NCBI GenBank assembly: GCA_009914755.4
Contig: CP086569.2
Span: forward strand, 4,288,001-4,352,000
DNA length: 64,000 nucleotides
Source of the DNA: the human T2T-CHM13v2.0 reference genome, Homo sapiens
Reading direction: 5' to 3'
The stretch's first letter is position 1, and each line of letters starts with the position of its first letter. The translations under genes and the position numbers were made by a program. This document shows, piece by piece, positions 1 to 13,835 of the stretch. The notes below the pieces were generated by a model. That model saw only the letters and a list, made by a program, of their open reading frames with translations, was not told the DNA's origin and searched no databases.

Positions 1-3000
1 TCCATGAACATGGGATGTTTTTCCATTTGTTTGTGTCCTATCTGATTTCTTTAAGCAGTGTTTCATAATTCTCATTATAGTGATATTTTACTTTCCTGGT
101 TTGCTATATTGCTTGGTATTTTACTCTTTTTGTGTCTATTGTGAAAGGAATTGTGTTGATTTGGCTTTCAGCTTGGATGTTGCTGTTGTACAGGCATGGT
201 ACTGATTACTGTACATTCATTCTGTATCCCAAAACTTTTCTGAAGTTTTTTATCAGATCAAGGCACTTTTGCCCAGAAACTATGAGGTTTCTAGGTACAC
301 AAGTATATTGTCTGTGAACAAGAATTGTTTGGCTTCCTGTCGTCATATTTGAATGCCTTTTATTTATTTATGTGGCCTAATTGCTGTGGCTAAGACCTCC
401 AGTACTATGTTGAATAGGAGGGGTGAGAGATGGCATCCTTGTCTTTCTGTTTCTCAAGGGTAATGCTTCCAGCATGTGCCCATTCAGTGTAGTGTTGGCT
501 GTAGTTTTTTTTATAGATGGCTCTTATTATTTTTAAGTATATTTCTTTAATGTCTAGTTTGTTGATGGTTTTTAACATGAAGGAATGTTGAGTTTTATCA
601 AAAGCCTTTTCTGCATATATTGATATGATTATGTGGTTTTTGTTCTTAGCTCTGTTAATGTGATGAATCACATTTATTTATTTGAATATGTTGAAACAAT
701 CTTGCATACTTGGGATAAAGCCTACTTGACCAGAATGGATTAGCTTTTTGATGTTCTGCTGGATTAGGTTTGCTACCATTTTGTTGAAGATATTTGCATC
801 CACATTCATCAAGCATATTGATCTAAATTTTTTTTTAATTGTGTGTCTACTAGGTTTTGGTATCAGGATGATGCTGGCCTCATAGAATGAGTTAGGAAGG
901 AGTCCCTCCTTCTCAATTTTCTGAAATAGTTTTAGCAGAAATGGTACCAGCTCTTCTTTGTACATCTCATAGAATTTGGCTGTGAACCCATCTGGTCTCG
1001 GGCTGTTTCTGGATATTCTGCTTTTTATTACTGAATCAGTTTTAGAACTCATTATTGACCTGTTCAGGAATTGAATATCTTCCTGGTTCTATCTTGTGAG
1101 GTTGTACATTTCCAGGAATTTATCCATTTTTTTCCAGATTTTCTAGTTTCCATGCATAGAGATGTTCATAGTACTCTCTGATTTTTTTTTTTTTTCTGTG
1201 TGGTCAGTGGTAATGTCCCCTTTTCTCATTTCTGAATTTGTTTATTTAGATCTTTTTGTTCTTGTTAGTCTAGATAGCAGTCTATTTTATTCATTATATA
1301 AAACTATCTTGCATTCATTTATGTTTTGTGTGGTTTTCACCTCTTAATTTCTTTCAGTTCAGCTCTGATTACGGTTATTTATTTTATTCTGCTAGCTTTG
1401 GGGTTGGTTTGCTGTTGTTTCTCTGGTTCCTTTAGGTGTAATGTTAGGTTGTTAATTCGTTATATTTTTAACTTTTTTATGTGAACATTTAGTGCTAGAA
1501 ACTTCCCTCTTACTGCTTTGACTGTGTCTCAGAGATCCTGTTACGTTGTATCTTTGTTCTTATATGTTTAAAATAATTTCTTTATTTCTGCCTTAATTTT
1601 ATTGTGTACCCAAAAGTCATTCAGGAGTAGGTTGTTTAATTTCCATAAAATTGTGCTGTTTTGGGTGATTTTCTTAGTATTGTTTTCTATTTTTATTGTG
1701 CTATGGTCCAAGAGTACAGTTGGTATGACTTCAGTTATTATGAATTTGCTGTGGATTGTTTTATGGCAGATTGTGTGGATTATTTTAGAGTATGTGCCAT
1801 GTGCAGCTGAGAATAATGTATATTCTGTTCTTGTGGTGACAAAATCCCTTAGCATTTGCTTGTCTGAAAAGGACCTTATTTCTCCTTTGGTTATGAAGCT
1901 TAGTTTTGCTGGATATGAAATTGTGAGAATTTTCTTTTTAGGAATGTCGAATATAGGTACACGAGCTCTTCTGGCTTCTAGAGTTTCTGTGGAAAGGCCT
2001 GCTGTTAGTCTAATGCAGTTCCCTTGGTAGGTGACTTTCCCCTTCTCTAGCTGACTTTAACATTTTTTCTTTCATTTCAACCTTGGAAAATCTCATGACT
2101 ATGAGTATTGCATACAGTCTTCTTGAGTAGTACCTCACAGGGATTTTCTGCTTTTCCTGTAGTTGAATGTTGGCATCTCTAATGAGGTTGGAGAATATAT
2201 CATGCACAATATCCTCAAATATGTTTTCCAAGTTGCTTGTTTCCTCTCCTCTTTCAGGGACACCTATGAGTTTGTAGATTTGGTCTCCTTTCGTAATCTC
2301 ATGTTTCTGGAAGGCTTTGTTATTCTTCTATATTGTTTTTTCTTTATTTTTGTCTGAGTGAGTTACTTTGGAGATCTGGTTTTTAAGCTCTGAGATTTTT
2401 TTTCCTCAGCTTCATCAATTCTTCTGTTAGCATTTGAGATTTTATTTTGAAACTCTTTAACTGAGTTTTTCAGCTCTGTCATATCAGTTTGGTTCCTACA
2501 AAATGGCAATTTCCTTTTTCATCTCTTGTATTATTTAATTATATTCCTTAGAATCCTTGGATTGGTTTTCAACTTTTTCCTGTGTCTCAATGATCTTCAT
2601 TCCCATCTGTTTTCTGATTTCTATTTCTGTCAGTTCAGCCATTTCAGTCTGGTTAAGAACCATTGCTGGGAAACTAGTGTGATCATTTGGAGGTAAGAAG
2701 ACGCTGGCTTTTTGAGTTGCCAGAGTTCTTGCACTGGTTCTTTCTCATCTGTGTGGGTTATGGTCCTTCAATCTTTGAATGTACTGTCCTTCCAATTAGT
2801 TTATTTGCTTTTATCTTCTTTGTTGCCCCTGGGGGTTTGATTGTGGAATAAAATGAGTTCAGTTGAATGGTTTTGTTTCTGGAAGATTTTAGGGGACCAA
2901 AGCTCAGTTCAGCACTCCTGGGCTACCACTGGAAGACTTGTATGGGACAACTCACTAGCTATGTTCTCCAGCACTTCGAAATTAGGAACCTACTGTACTG

Positions 3001-4352
3001 GAAGTACCAAAGAGTTCCTGGACTTCTGGCTAAAATACTCCAATAAGTGGTGTCAGAAAAAGTGCTTCACTGGGGCAGTGGCAGTGGGGTCCAGGCTCAT
3101 TTGCCCATGACAGCAGCAGTGGCAGTGCAGTGGCTTGCATGCTTGTTGAATGGGGCAGGGCTCTGGCATGCATGGGGATTCCATCCTCCATGTCTGTGTT
3201 CATAGCAGCAGCAGTGGCAGTGTGAACCAGAGTGAAGAGGATGGGGCAACTGGTGTCCATGTGCATGTTCACTCTGGCAGCCATGTTGGTGCAGATGCAG
3301 GACACTGGCAGAGTTCAAGGCTGCCAGCCTCCATGCACATGTTCACACCAGCAGCGGCAGTGGCAGCATGGGGTGGAGATGGGGGATGAGGACATTTGCC
3401 TCTGTGCCTGAGTTTGCTCCTCCAATGGCAGAAGGGTTGCGGGGGTGTGCTCATTTTGGCAGCAGTGGCATAATGGGGTGCATGCACACACGTACACCAG
3501 TGGGGAGAGGAGGCAAGGTCCACCCATGAGTGCACTGGAGACAGCAAAGTGATGGGGCAGTAGCTATCAGCAAATGCATGCTCGCAAATTTGCTTGGGGG
3601 AGGATCTTACGGGAGGTGGTGCAGGTGGGGATGCTGTGTGTTGGTTAGGGCTGCTCTGCTGGAGCTCTGCAACAGTCAGGTGGAGTTTTCCAGTGAAAGA
3701 GCTATAATGCAGGCTCCCGGTAGGCACCCTGGTTGGGCATCCAAGGCTGTACTGCAAGCAAGTGCAGCCTGGCTGGTGCCCTGGGAGAAGCCAGAAGACA
3801 AGGGATTGATTATATCTGACTGGGCCCATTTCACAGGCGAGACTCCCCCTGCTCTGATCAGGTCCAATAGTTCCCCCATGACTAAATTCTCCTAGGGAAG
3901 CTTGTTGAGCATTGAGGGGATGGGCATCCCTGGCCTTGCTCCATTGCAGACATTCCTGTACCAAACTGTTTGGGCTCTGAATAGCCTGGAATCCTGCCCC
4001 TGACACCTTTCTAAGAAGCTCTCCCTGGCATCTCAAGTGTCTGTAGGGGTTGTGGGTATCCTGCTGCCAGGATTCCAGAGGTCCCTGGTGAGAGGGGGTT
4101 ACTTCACACCTCCTCAACTCATCCCTTCCCCAGGATTTGTCGGGGGCCAGTAATGAGTCCCAGTGTATGGAAGCCTCCTTTAGGGGTCCCAGCTACCTCC
4201 CTCTTCATCCCAGCAAGTGGGCCCTATTTCCATCCACTCTCAGTGCCTTCTCTCTGAAGATCTGCTCATAGTGTACCAGTCTTTTGGATGTCCCAGTCCC
4301 TCAGTGACAGATGTTCCTCCTGGCTGTGTGTAGTCTGCCATCTTGGCCCCTA
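1..4352 (-). mobile_element. LINE-1 (older primate L1PA/L1PB-like) element in antisense orientation; 5' terminus inside window, 3' part runs off the window start
   Basis: Minus-strand ORFs translate to L1 ORF2 reverse transcriptase (678-1052: [12 protein letters not shown]...[17 protein letters not shown]; 405-671: [23 protein letters not shown]). ORF2 endonuclease C-terminus is at 1568-1855 ([13 protein letters not shown]) and the ORF1 C-terminus at 2010-2231 ([17 protein letters not shown]). A GC-rich 5'UTR spans ~2840-4352 and ends with the L1 5'-terminus signature (reverse complement of 4325-4352 = ggggccaagatggcagac). Confidence 0.9.
405..1052 (-). pseudogene. L1 ORF2 (reverse transcriptase domain) remnant, frame-disrupted
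   Basis: Two consecutive minus-strand ORFs are separated by a stop or frameshift. Their translations match conserved L1 ORF2 RT motifs. Confidence 0.85.
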
Positions 4353-4829
4353 CAAAAAACTGAACTTTACTTTCCTATTTTACATGTTTATCACAGTCTT
4401 GACTTTTGTTCATTCTCAATGATAAAAAAATTAAAACGAAATGTTATGCCACTGAAAATTTGTCCAATTTGAATATATTTCATCAAAAGTATAAAAAAGT
4501 ACATATATATTTTAATAGCTTTTAATATTAAAACTTTAATATTTATAAAGAATATTTGTGTATTTTCAATATTTAGATTTTACAGAAGAAAACATATGTA
4601 ACTTCTAGGCTAGTATTTACAGAAGGAAATGTATTACTAAGAGCAATTCTTAAGATGTAAATAGAATGGATTCTCTTAAAGTGTACTTTAATGTGACATA
4701 AAGATTGATATTAAGAGTTTTAAAATGCGTAATACATAATTTCAAAAATTAAAAAGCAGACATGGTAATGTCATTATTTACCAATGCCAAGGGCCTTCAC
4801 AGCAATTTCATTTAGTGCTCAAATCTTTG

Positions 4830-4905
4830 TAATACAGTAATTATTATCCTCACAGATGAACAGATTCAGGTTCAGAGAGTTTAAGTGACCTGAACTAAGA
4901 CAAAT
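4830..4905 (+). repeat. MIR SINE core fragment
   Basis: The sequence 'cctcacagatgaacagattcaggttcagagagtttaagtgacctg' resembles the MIR core 'ttttacagatgaggaaactgaggctcagagaggttaagtgacttg'. Confidence 0.5.
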
Positions 4906-6379
4906 AATTTTATTCCAAAGTTTTAACTTCTATTTTAAATATATCTTCATGTTCCATTTTATTAGTCTATTGTTTCTCTTCTATTCTTGTTATATTCTCA
5001 GCCATTCAGAGTTATAGTTTAATCTTTCCCATTAATTTACGCCTTTAAACTAGATAATGAATCATTCCACTTCTTTATCAGGGTTCAACAGAATGTACCA
5101 CACATAATACTATTTATAATATTATTTCTAATCACATACTGCGTGTGGAGAACATATTACTCATTGTTTTGTGCCCCCATAGGTTAGATATTCTGCTGTA
5201 ACTTTTATTTATTATTCAATCAGGAGAAAAGCAGCTAAATTTTATATACAATTCAGTGATCCTCAAACATATTGTGAAAGCTAAAATGTAAAAGGACTAA
5301 TATTAAATTCCTGATAACTAAAAAATCAGCATAGTATATATAAGCCTTTGGGGACATGAAATAAAGGAACATGTTTAAAACGTGAGGAAATGAGTTGTAT
5401 CCTACACATAATAATGACAGAGGTTTTTCCCATTGCATTTGAATATAAAGTTTTGCTTTCTAGATGTTTTAAAGGTTTTCAGCAGCTGATTTAACTATCC
5501 TTGAGAGAAAAACTAATGCTCTAACTCTATCAGACTTTTTTAGCCTCATACTGACTCTGCTTCTTAATGTGTGGTCTTAAATTTGCTAAATCAATTGATT
5601 AAGCTTAAAGAAAATTTAATTTAAAATGAGAGAGAGCAAAATTAGCACTGGTGAAGGCCTGCTGACTTACTGGCCCAGCATATTTAAGTACACTGACTTA
5701 TGTGGTTAGAGTTGAATATTGGCCAAATGAAATTTTATGAACTCAAGAAAATTACAGCCACTAACTCTAAGGGTATTATATTCACTAAATGTAGTCTTTA
5801 GATCAATGGCACCCTTGTGTCCAGTAAATGGACCAGACTGTTTAAATATTGGCTCATATCCTTTATCATGTGTGACTGGATTATGATACTAATTTCCTCA
5901 GTAAAGACTTCTCAATATAAATTTAAGTAATTTCTAACTAGGTTTAATATCCACAATATATATTTTTTAAATCCTTGAGTGTATATAGCACCGTTCAAAT
6001 GAAAAGTTTTTGGTACTTCTCAGGCATTATTTCATTTACTTTCACAATTTCCCGCTGGACAATGTCATTTGCACTGAATTGAGGATGGGGCACCAATATT
6101 TGCTGTTTCTGCTCCTGCTTCTCTACATCTAAGTCGATTAGAGAGTAAGATCACATGAAATTGGGAAGTAAGATTGTTTTGTTAATTAATTTCTGCTTAC
6201 ATTGCATGGATTTATACTGATAAGAAATATGTATGAGACAAGGTGCTGTGTATTGTGGTAGATATCAAAGTTGGACACAAATAAAAACATAAAAAACGCA
6301 GATAGTGTGTTACAGAATATGCTATGGCAAAATTCACAAGTGAATTCAGGTAGCGAGTCAGCAAGCTCTAACAGAAGAC

Positions 6380-6596
6380 ATTGGTTTGAACCTGGAATCT
6401 ACAATTAGTAACTGTGTGAACTTGAGTGCATTTTTAACCATTTACTTCCTTGATTCTTAGACTTAAGTTATGTAGAAGAGGAAAAACAATGCCTCGCTAA
6501 GTGACTTGCATGAATATTGAAATAGATAGTATGTGGAAATATTTAACACAGTGCCTGGCACAGAGAAGGGACCTAATAAATGTAGATGAATCTGAC
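6380..6596 (+). repeat. MIR SINE (body plus 3' region)
   Basis: Contains 'gcctcgctaagtgacttgcatgaat ... acacagtgcctggcacagagaagggacctaataaatg', matching the MIR segment '...cacagtgcctggcacatagtaagcgctcaataaatg'. Confidence 0.55.
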
Positions 6597-7452
6597 GTTT
6601 TCTAGTAGATGAAATCAGCATATAGATAGATATAGCTTTAAGGATAAGTAAAATTTCACCAGAGGGAGTTGAGAGAATATTATTCTAGGGAGAAAGAAAA
6701 GCATGTGGAGTAGTGTAGAAGTATAAAAACACAGAACACTTCTAGGAATTTTTTTTTTTTTTTCAATAGAGGCTAGAGAGAGTTAAGTTGGATAGTTAGG
6801 CTGAGGTTAGATCATGGGATTTGGACCTTCCATATTACTTAGAGGAAAGCTACTGAACATATTTGAACATGGAAGAATTATAATGAGAATGGGATTGGTT
6901 GATAGGAAGGGTTGAACAAAGCAAGACTGATTATTAAGCTAATATAATAAGTAGTTCAATTATGAATGCTTAAGGCCTGAAAGAGGAAGTTGGAAATGTA
7001 AGAATAAATATTGATCAAAATTAAAGATAACAATTACTGGTAATTTTTACATAGATTTAAGGCCCAGTCCCTTACCTTAAAAAAGCACACTAGGATCTGG
7101 CCCTGCCTATCTTACTAGGCGTATTTATCCCCTGCCCCTCCACTGTTCCTCTCTGCAGGTTTCAAGCAGAACAATTTCTTTCCGGCAGCTTAAATATGCT
7201 GTCCTCATCCACATGGTCTCCTTTCATTCTGAAATAGTTTTCATCTCCTTACCCAACTGAAAGTTTTTATTTGTTTCTCAAATTTTAGTTCAGGCATTGG
7301 ATTCTTTTAAGGTCTTCCCTACCATCCCAGATTAGAATTTGATTTTCCTCTTTGCTACATCTTGCCCTTCTCTATAACTTTTTAATACTTATTATATTGC
7401 ATTTGCCATATTCTGTGTGATATTGCCATTGCCACACTCCTTTTAAATTTTT

Positions 7453-7536
7453 TTTCAAACACCTGGTTTCAAGCAATTCTCCTGCCTTGGCTTTCCAAAG
7501 CGCTTGGATTACAGGCATGAGTCACTGCACCCAACC
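7453..7536 (-). repeat. Alu fragment (antisense, internally deleted)
   Basis: The antisense Alu motif 'ggtttcaagcaattctcctgcct' is joined to 'tggctttccaaagcgcttggattacaggcatgagtcactgcacccaacc'. Confidence 0.7.
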
Positions 7537-9169
7537 GTCCTTTTTACTTTTTAAATCATGATAACTAATAATAATGATTACTAATCATTTACTACGTACC
7601 AATACATTGTTATAAGCACTTTAAATGTATTGGTTCATATAATCTTAATCTTAAACAAACCTTTGATTTCATAATAATTGTTATCTCCATTTAATAGTTA
7701 ACTAAAAAAAAAAAACCTCAAGCAAAGGGAGAATAAGTATCTAGCCCAATGTTTTACATATAGAAAACAGTGGAGCCCAAGTATTCAAGCTCAAATACTC
7801 TGGATCCAGAGCCTTTTCTGTTAACTATAAAATGCTGCCTCTCTTAGATAAAACTATAAAACATAAAGGATATAAAGAAATTGACCAAAGTCATGCCTTG
7901 GTTAATAATTATAGTTAGAAAGCAGAAGAATTAGGCATCAAATGTGAAACAATTGTGAAGTGGAAGGAGAACATGGCTAGTGCAGTGTTGTGCAACCGAA
8001 TGAAATGTTTTTAAAATAATCAGTATTTGAAAAAGACTAACAGGACAAGAGAAATAGTTGTTAATAGATAAAGTAGATCCTGAAAGAAGTGAAGACAGAG
8101 AGGAACAAGAGAACATAATTAATTCTCACAATGTATAAGTCCAATTATTCCTCAGAAACAGAAAAGAGCATATTGAAGGAAAATGCATGGAAATGTTGTA
8201 ATGGAAGTGTGCCCAAAACACTGATGCGCAAACATATTATTGTCTCAGAAAAGTTGTAGAAGGATTATGTGCTAAAAGTGATGAAGACAGGTCAGATTGG
8301 GAATTTAAGAAAAAAAGAAATGGCTTGGGAACATTTCCGTGGGGAATGAAAACAAAGGCCATAAGGCTTGTAATGTGCTGTACGAGTCATGAAAAATTGA
8401 CTGAAAATCTTACAGATAGAGAGATGGTGAATAGTACGAAAATCTAAGTTCTAGCTCTGTAGTGTCAGAAGTGAAAGATAAAGTAATAGGAAATAATACT
8501 TTTTAAAATTAATTAAATGGTAAAAATGTTATCGGGTTTATGAGCATGACCTGTTTTAGTCCCCAGAGATAATAACATAGGAAGAAGTAAAAGGAAGATT
8601 CTGAAGAGTCCTTGAGTCATTGAAAAAAATGAAAGACTACACAGGAGATTGTTGAGTTATGGTAGCAAAATAAAGAGAAGATACCATAGCTGTATTGTTT
8701 AGACTCTAAAGTACTTAGGCTCTGGGCACAAGGTGCATAAGGTGAACCTGAAATACCTTGTCATTCCAGAAACCATAGAAATGATCAAAAACCACTAGAG
8801 TTATGTTAGAAAAGGTCTTAAGAGCCAACCTGGATAAATTCCCACTGGAAAAATATGAGAAGTTCTCTTAACTACCAAAAAGAGTAATAATTGAAAGCGA
8901 TTTAAGTATGTCAAATATTGTCAAGACTATTAGCTCATAATATATTTTTTAAAAGCCTCATTGTTCACTTGTGAAGGATTTTAGGCAACACCTCATTATT
9001 TTGAAATCCTGCACTGCAATTAAGACAAAGAAGCAATTACTCTGCTTTTTCTATGCACTCAGTGCCTCAGTATTACCAAGTACTAGTTGAGAAAAAGCGA
9101 GTGTTTTGTTCACATAATGTCCCTGTTGTGTAGCTGTGCTTGCCCTATACAAATAGCTAAATATAATGT

Positions 9170-9171
<2 letters not shown>

Positions 9172-9204
<33 letters not shown>
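9172..9204. repeat. (TG)n dinucleotide microsatellite, ~16 units
   Basis: Read directly from the sequence: tgtgtgtg... at 9172-9204. Confidence 0.95.
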
Positions 9205-9207
<3 letters not shown>

Positions 9208-9339
9208 TAGTCAAACTTGTCAGCCAAATCTAATAATGACAAGAAATACAAGGCAGAGAGAAACACATGAGGCAGTATTATAAGGAGGCTAACTTTAGAC
9301 ATTGGAAAACCCAATAAAAACAACTGGGTTACTTCAGTA

Positions 9340-9412
9340 AAACAAGAGAAAAAGAGAGAGGGATAGAGGGAGGAGGGAGTGAGAAAAGAGAGATGGAGAG
9401 AGAAGGTAAATA
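9340..9412. repeat. GA-rich low-complexity / purine tract
   Basis: The tract 'agagagagggatagagggaggagggagtgagaaaagagagatggagagagaagg' is visible in the sequence. Confidence 0.6.
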
Positions 9413-9649
9413 TTTGAAGTCTTGGAATATACATCAACAATCAAATTGATTGATCTGATTTGGCTATAAACTAAAAAATCATTTTAAAATATAACAAAAT
9501 AAGATAAATAAGAACCTTGATTGGATATTTGTTAATATTTAGAAGTTATTTTTAGTGTTTCAAGTATAATAATAGGATATTTTATGTTTTTAAAAAACAC
9601 TTGTATTTTAGAGAAACATACAGAAATAATTACAGATAAAATAATATAG

Positions 9650-12600
9650 AAGAAAGTGCCAAGATGGTTGACTAGAAGCAGCTAGTGTGTACCACTGTCA
9701 CAGAGAGGAGATAGAGTGGTGCATAAATACTAGCTCTAGTGTTCAAGTGGATTGTCCAGGAGGCCATGTTGTGATTCCTGAAGGAAGCAATGGTGACCCA
9801 CGGAGGACAGAGAGGAGTGAGGCTGCCCACCTGAGATTGGCATGGAGCATGGGGAGGCTCCCTATTGTGGGGAATGGGTGAGTGAGCAAGAGGCCCAAGG
9901 GACACACACTTCTGCTATAAACCTTTGTAATCTTAGGCATAAGAGATCCTAACTGACCCCCTGGACCCCCAGACAAACATGGAGAGACAGCTGCATGGAA
10001 ACTGGGCAGAGCCACTTCTCAGGCCCTCATGGAGCCCCATAGGACTTGGATCCCTAAGCACCCTGGTGAAAGTTTTTGTAGCCCTGGCAGTTAGGGAGGC
10101 CAGGCTCTCTTTCACAAACCCAGCATGCCTAGACAAATGCATAATAACAGTGGGACATTTCAACATTTCACCAACAGCATTAGAGACATCTTTGAGGTAA
10201 AAACTAACAAAGAAGTTCTGGACTTAAATTTAAGACTTGAACAATTGGACAAAATAGACATCTACAGAACACACCACCCACCAACAACAGAATATATATT
10301 CTACTCATCTTCACATGGAATGTATTATAGGATCAATCACATGTTCAATCTCAGTAAATTGAAAAAATTAAAATCATACCTAGCACACTCAAATCACAGT
10401 GCAATAAAAAGAAAAATAAATATCAAGATGATATCTTAAAATGACAAAAAGTCATGGAAATTAAACAACTTCGTCCTGAATAACTAATGAGTGAACATTT
10501 AAATTAAAGCAGAAATACAAAATATTTGAAATTAATCAAAATGTGAACACAATCTACCAACACCTCTGGGATGCAGCTAAGGCAGTGTTAAGAGGAAAAT
10601 TTATAGCACTAAATGCCTTCATCAGGATGCTAGAAAGCTCTCAAATTAATGTTTTAACTTTGTACCTAAAGTAACTAGAGGAAAAAAAAAACACACAAAA
10701 ACCAATACCAAAGCAAGAAGAAAAAAATGAATAATTAAAATAAGAACTGAATTAAATTGAGATGCAAGCATTCATGCAAATGATTAATGAAACCAAGTGT
10801 AGATTTAAAAAAATAAACAAGATTGATAAACTTCCAGCTAGATTAACAAATAAAATAGAGAGAAGATCCAAATAAGTATAATCAGAAATGATAAGGATGA
10901 CACTACCATTGATCCCATATAGTTGAAAAAGATCTTCATAGAATGCTATTTAACAACACTATGCACACAAATTAGAAAATCTAGAAGAAATTGATAAATT
11001 TCTAGAACACACATTTTCACAAAATTGAATCGGAAGATTTAAAACCTGCATAGACCAAAATTGAATCCTGAAATTAAATCATCAATAAAAATCCTGGCAA
11101 CCAAAAGAAGTCCTGGGCCAGACAAATTCATAGCTGAGTTCTACGAGACATAAAAGAACTGGTACCAATCCTAATGAAACTATTACAAAAAAATCGAGGT
11201 GGAGAGGCTCCTCCCTATCTGATTCTATGAAGCCAGCATTAGCTTAATACCCAAATCTGGCAGAGACACAATGAAAAAAAAAAAAAAAAAAACTTGAGGC
11301 CAGTATCTCTGATGAACACAGATAAAAAAGTCCATAACAAAATACTAGCAAACCAAATTCAGCAGCACATCAAAATGTTAATACATCACAACCAATAAGG
11401 CTTTCTTTGTGGAATGCAAGATTGTTTTGACATATGGAAATTATTAACTGATTCACCACCTCAACAGAATTAAAAACAAAATCATATGTTCTCTCAATAG
11501 AAGAAGTGAAAACTTTCAATAATGTCCATTATCCCTTCATGATAAAAAGACCCAACAAACTAGGCAACAAAAGAACATACTTCAAAATAATAAGAGCCAT
11601 ATATGGCAAGCCAATATCATACTGAAGGGCAAAAGCTGAAGCAATCTACCTTAAGAACTGCAACAAGACAAGGATGCCCACTCTCACCACTCCTACACTC
11701 CCACCACTCCTACTTTAACATTGTACTGGAAGCCCTAGCCAGAGCAATCAGGCAAGAGAAAGAATTAAAAGACATCCAAATTGGAAAAAAAAAAGAAGAC
11801 AAATTATCTCTCTTTGTTGGAGATAAGATTCTGTAACTAGAAAAGCCTAATGACCCCACCAAAAGGCTACTAGAACTGTTACATGACTTTAGTAGGTTTT
11901 ACTATACAAAATCAATGTACAAAAATCAGTAGTATATTTATACACTAATAATGTCCAGGTTGAGAGTTAAATCAAGAGCACAATACCATTTATACTAGGC
12001 AGAAATAAAATGAAATACCTAGCAGTACACATAATCAAAAAGCTTAAAGATCTTTACAAGAAGCACAAACATGTTGAAAGAAATCAGATATGACACAAAA
12101 AGATAGAAAAATATCCCGTGCTTATGGATTAAAATGGCTATATGGCCCAAAGCAATTTACAGATTCAACACTATTCCTATCAAACTACAAAAGTCATTCA
12201 TCACAGAATTAGGAAAAGCTATTCAAAAACTCATATGGAACCAAAAAAAGAGCCTGAATAAACAAAGCAATCCTAAGCAAAAGAACGAAGCTAGAGGGAT
12301 CATATTACCTGACTTCAAACCATAGTATATAAGGCTATAGTAGCCAAAATAGCCTGGTATTGGTATAAAAACAGAAACATAGACAAATGGAACAGAATAT
12401 AAAACCCAGACATAAAGCCTTACACACGCAACCATTTGATATTTGACAAGCCAAGAAACACAAGCAATGGGAAAAGGACTCCCTATTCAATAAATGGTGT
12501 TGTGACAAGTGGCTATACAGAAGAATGAAACTGAACCCTTACCTTTTACAATATACAAAAATTAACTCAGGTAGGATTAAAGATTCAAATGAAAAATATC

Positions 12601-13725
12601 AAAATATAAAAATTCAAAAAAAACCTAGGAAATGCCCTTCTCAATATCAGCCTTGGCAAAGAATTTTTGCCTATGTCTTCAAAAGAAACTACAGCAAAAA
12701 ATATTGACAAGTGGGACCTAATTAAACTAAATAGCTCCTGCACAGCAAAATAAATTATCAACAAAGCAAACAGCCAACCTGCAGAATAGAAGAAAATATT
12801 CACAAACTATGCATCTGACGAAAGACTAATATCAAGAATCTATACAAAATTTAAACAAATTAACAAGCAAAAAAAACACCATTAAATGGGCAAAGGATAT
12901 GAACAGACATTTCTCAAAAAAGACATAAACAGCCAACAAACATATAAAAATGTTCCACATAACTGATCATTAGAGAAATGCAAATCAAATCCACAACGAT
13001 ATACCATCTCACACCACTCCAAATGGCTATTTTTGAGAAATTAAAATAACAAGTAAGATCCTCGAGAGGCTGAAGAGAAAAAGGAAACACTTATGCACTG
13101 TTGGTGAGAGTGTATAAATTAGTTAAATCATTGGGAAATCAGTGTGGCGATTCCTCAAAGAACTTGAAGCAGAGCTCCTGTTTGACCCAGCAATCCCATT
13201 ACTGGATATGTACTCAAAGGAAAATAGATAATTATATCAAAAGTCACATGCATACATGTGTTAATTGCTTTGCTATTCACAATACCAAAGAACGGAATCA
13301 ATCTAGATGTCCATTAATGGTGGATGATAAAGAAAATGTGGTATATATACACCATGGAATACTGCATAGCCATATAAAAGAATAAAATCATGTCATTTGC
13401 AGCAATATGAATAGAGCTGGAGGTTAAAGCCAATGAACACAGGAAGAGAAAACTAAATCCTGCATGTTCACACTTACAAATGGGAGCCAAACATTGAGCA
13501 GCCAGAGACATAAACATGGGAACAATAGACACTGCTAACTAGTAGTCTGGGGAGGGAGGGGCATATGGTTTAAAAAAAACTACCTATTGGATACTATGCT
13601 CACTACTTGGGTGCAAATACCCATGCAACAAATCTGCACAGGTACTCCCTATACCTAAAATAAAAGTTGAGAAAAAATATTTTATAAACTCTGATCACAA
13701 AAATTATAAAAAATAAATAATATGG
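9650..13725 (+). mobile_element. LINE-1 element with genuine 5' terminus but internal deletion (no ORF1; 5'UTR-like segment fused to mid-endonuclease), ORF2 continues to 3'UTR
   Basis: 9655-9690 'tgccaagatggttgactagaagcagct' matches the L1 5' start 'GCCAAGATGGCCGAATAGGAACAGCT'. Plus-strand ORFs match L1 ORF2: 10125-10439 (DIYRTHHPPTTEYIFYSSSHG, EN domain), 11603-11836 ([10 protein letters not shown]...[10 protein letters not shown]), 12134-12325 ([11 protein letters not shown]) and 13101-13385 (C-terminal domain). An L1 3'UTR-like A-rich end lies near 13700. Confidence 0.85.
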
Positions 13726-13769
13726 TGTCTCTAAAATAATCTGGCAAAGGGTAGGGAAAACTTGCCAAG

Positions 13770-13835
13770 GTTAAATGACTCACCTGAAGTCACACAGCCA
13801 GTGTAAGCCAGAAAATTTAACCCAGGGAGACAAAG
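13770..13835 (+). repeat. MIR SINE fragment
   Basis: The sequence 'gccaaggttaaatgactcacctgaagtcacacagccagtgtaagccag...aacccaggg' resembles the MIR 'gttaagtgacttgcccaaggtcacacagctagtaagtggcagagccaggatttgaacccagg'. Confidence 0.5.

Noticed and set aside
3097-4117. Long overlapping ORFs of 282, 121, 79, 73, 91 and 70 aa in the GC-rich block at 3030-4120, on both strands
   Set aside because: This is the GC-rich 5'UTR of the antisense L1 (1-4352). The translations are low-complexity (P/S/A/C/H-rich) and lack domain-like motifs. Several ORFs overlap each other in different frames, which is the pattern expected from composition alone.
7050-7330. Possible ancient SINE/MIR-like or L2-like fragment ('gccctgcctatcttactaggcgtatttatcccctgcccctccactgttcctctctgc...')
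   Set aside because: It only vaguely resembles generic mammalian-wide interspersed repeats. The similarity is too weak to call without a Dfam search.
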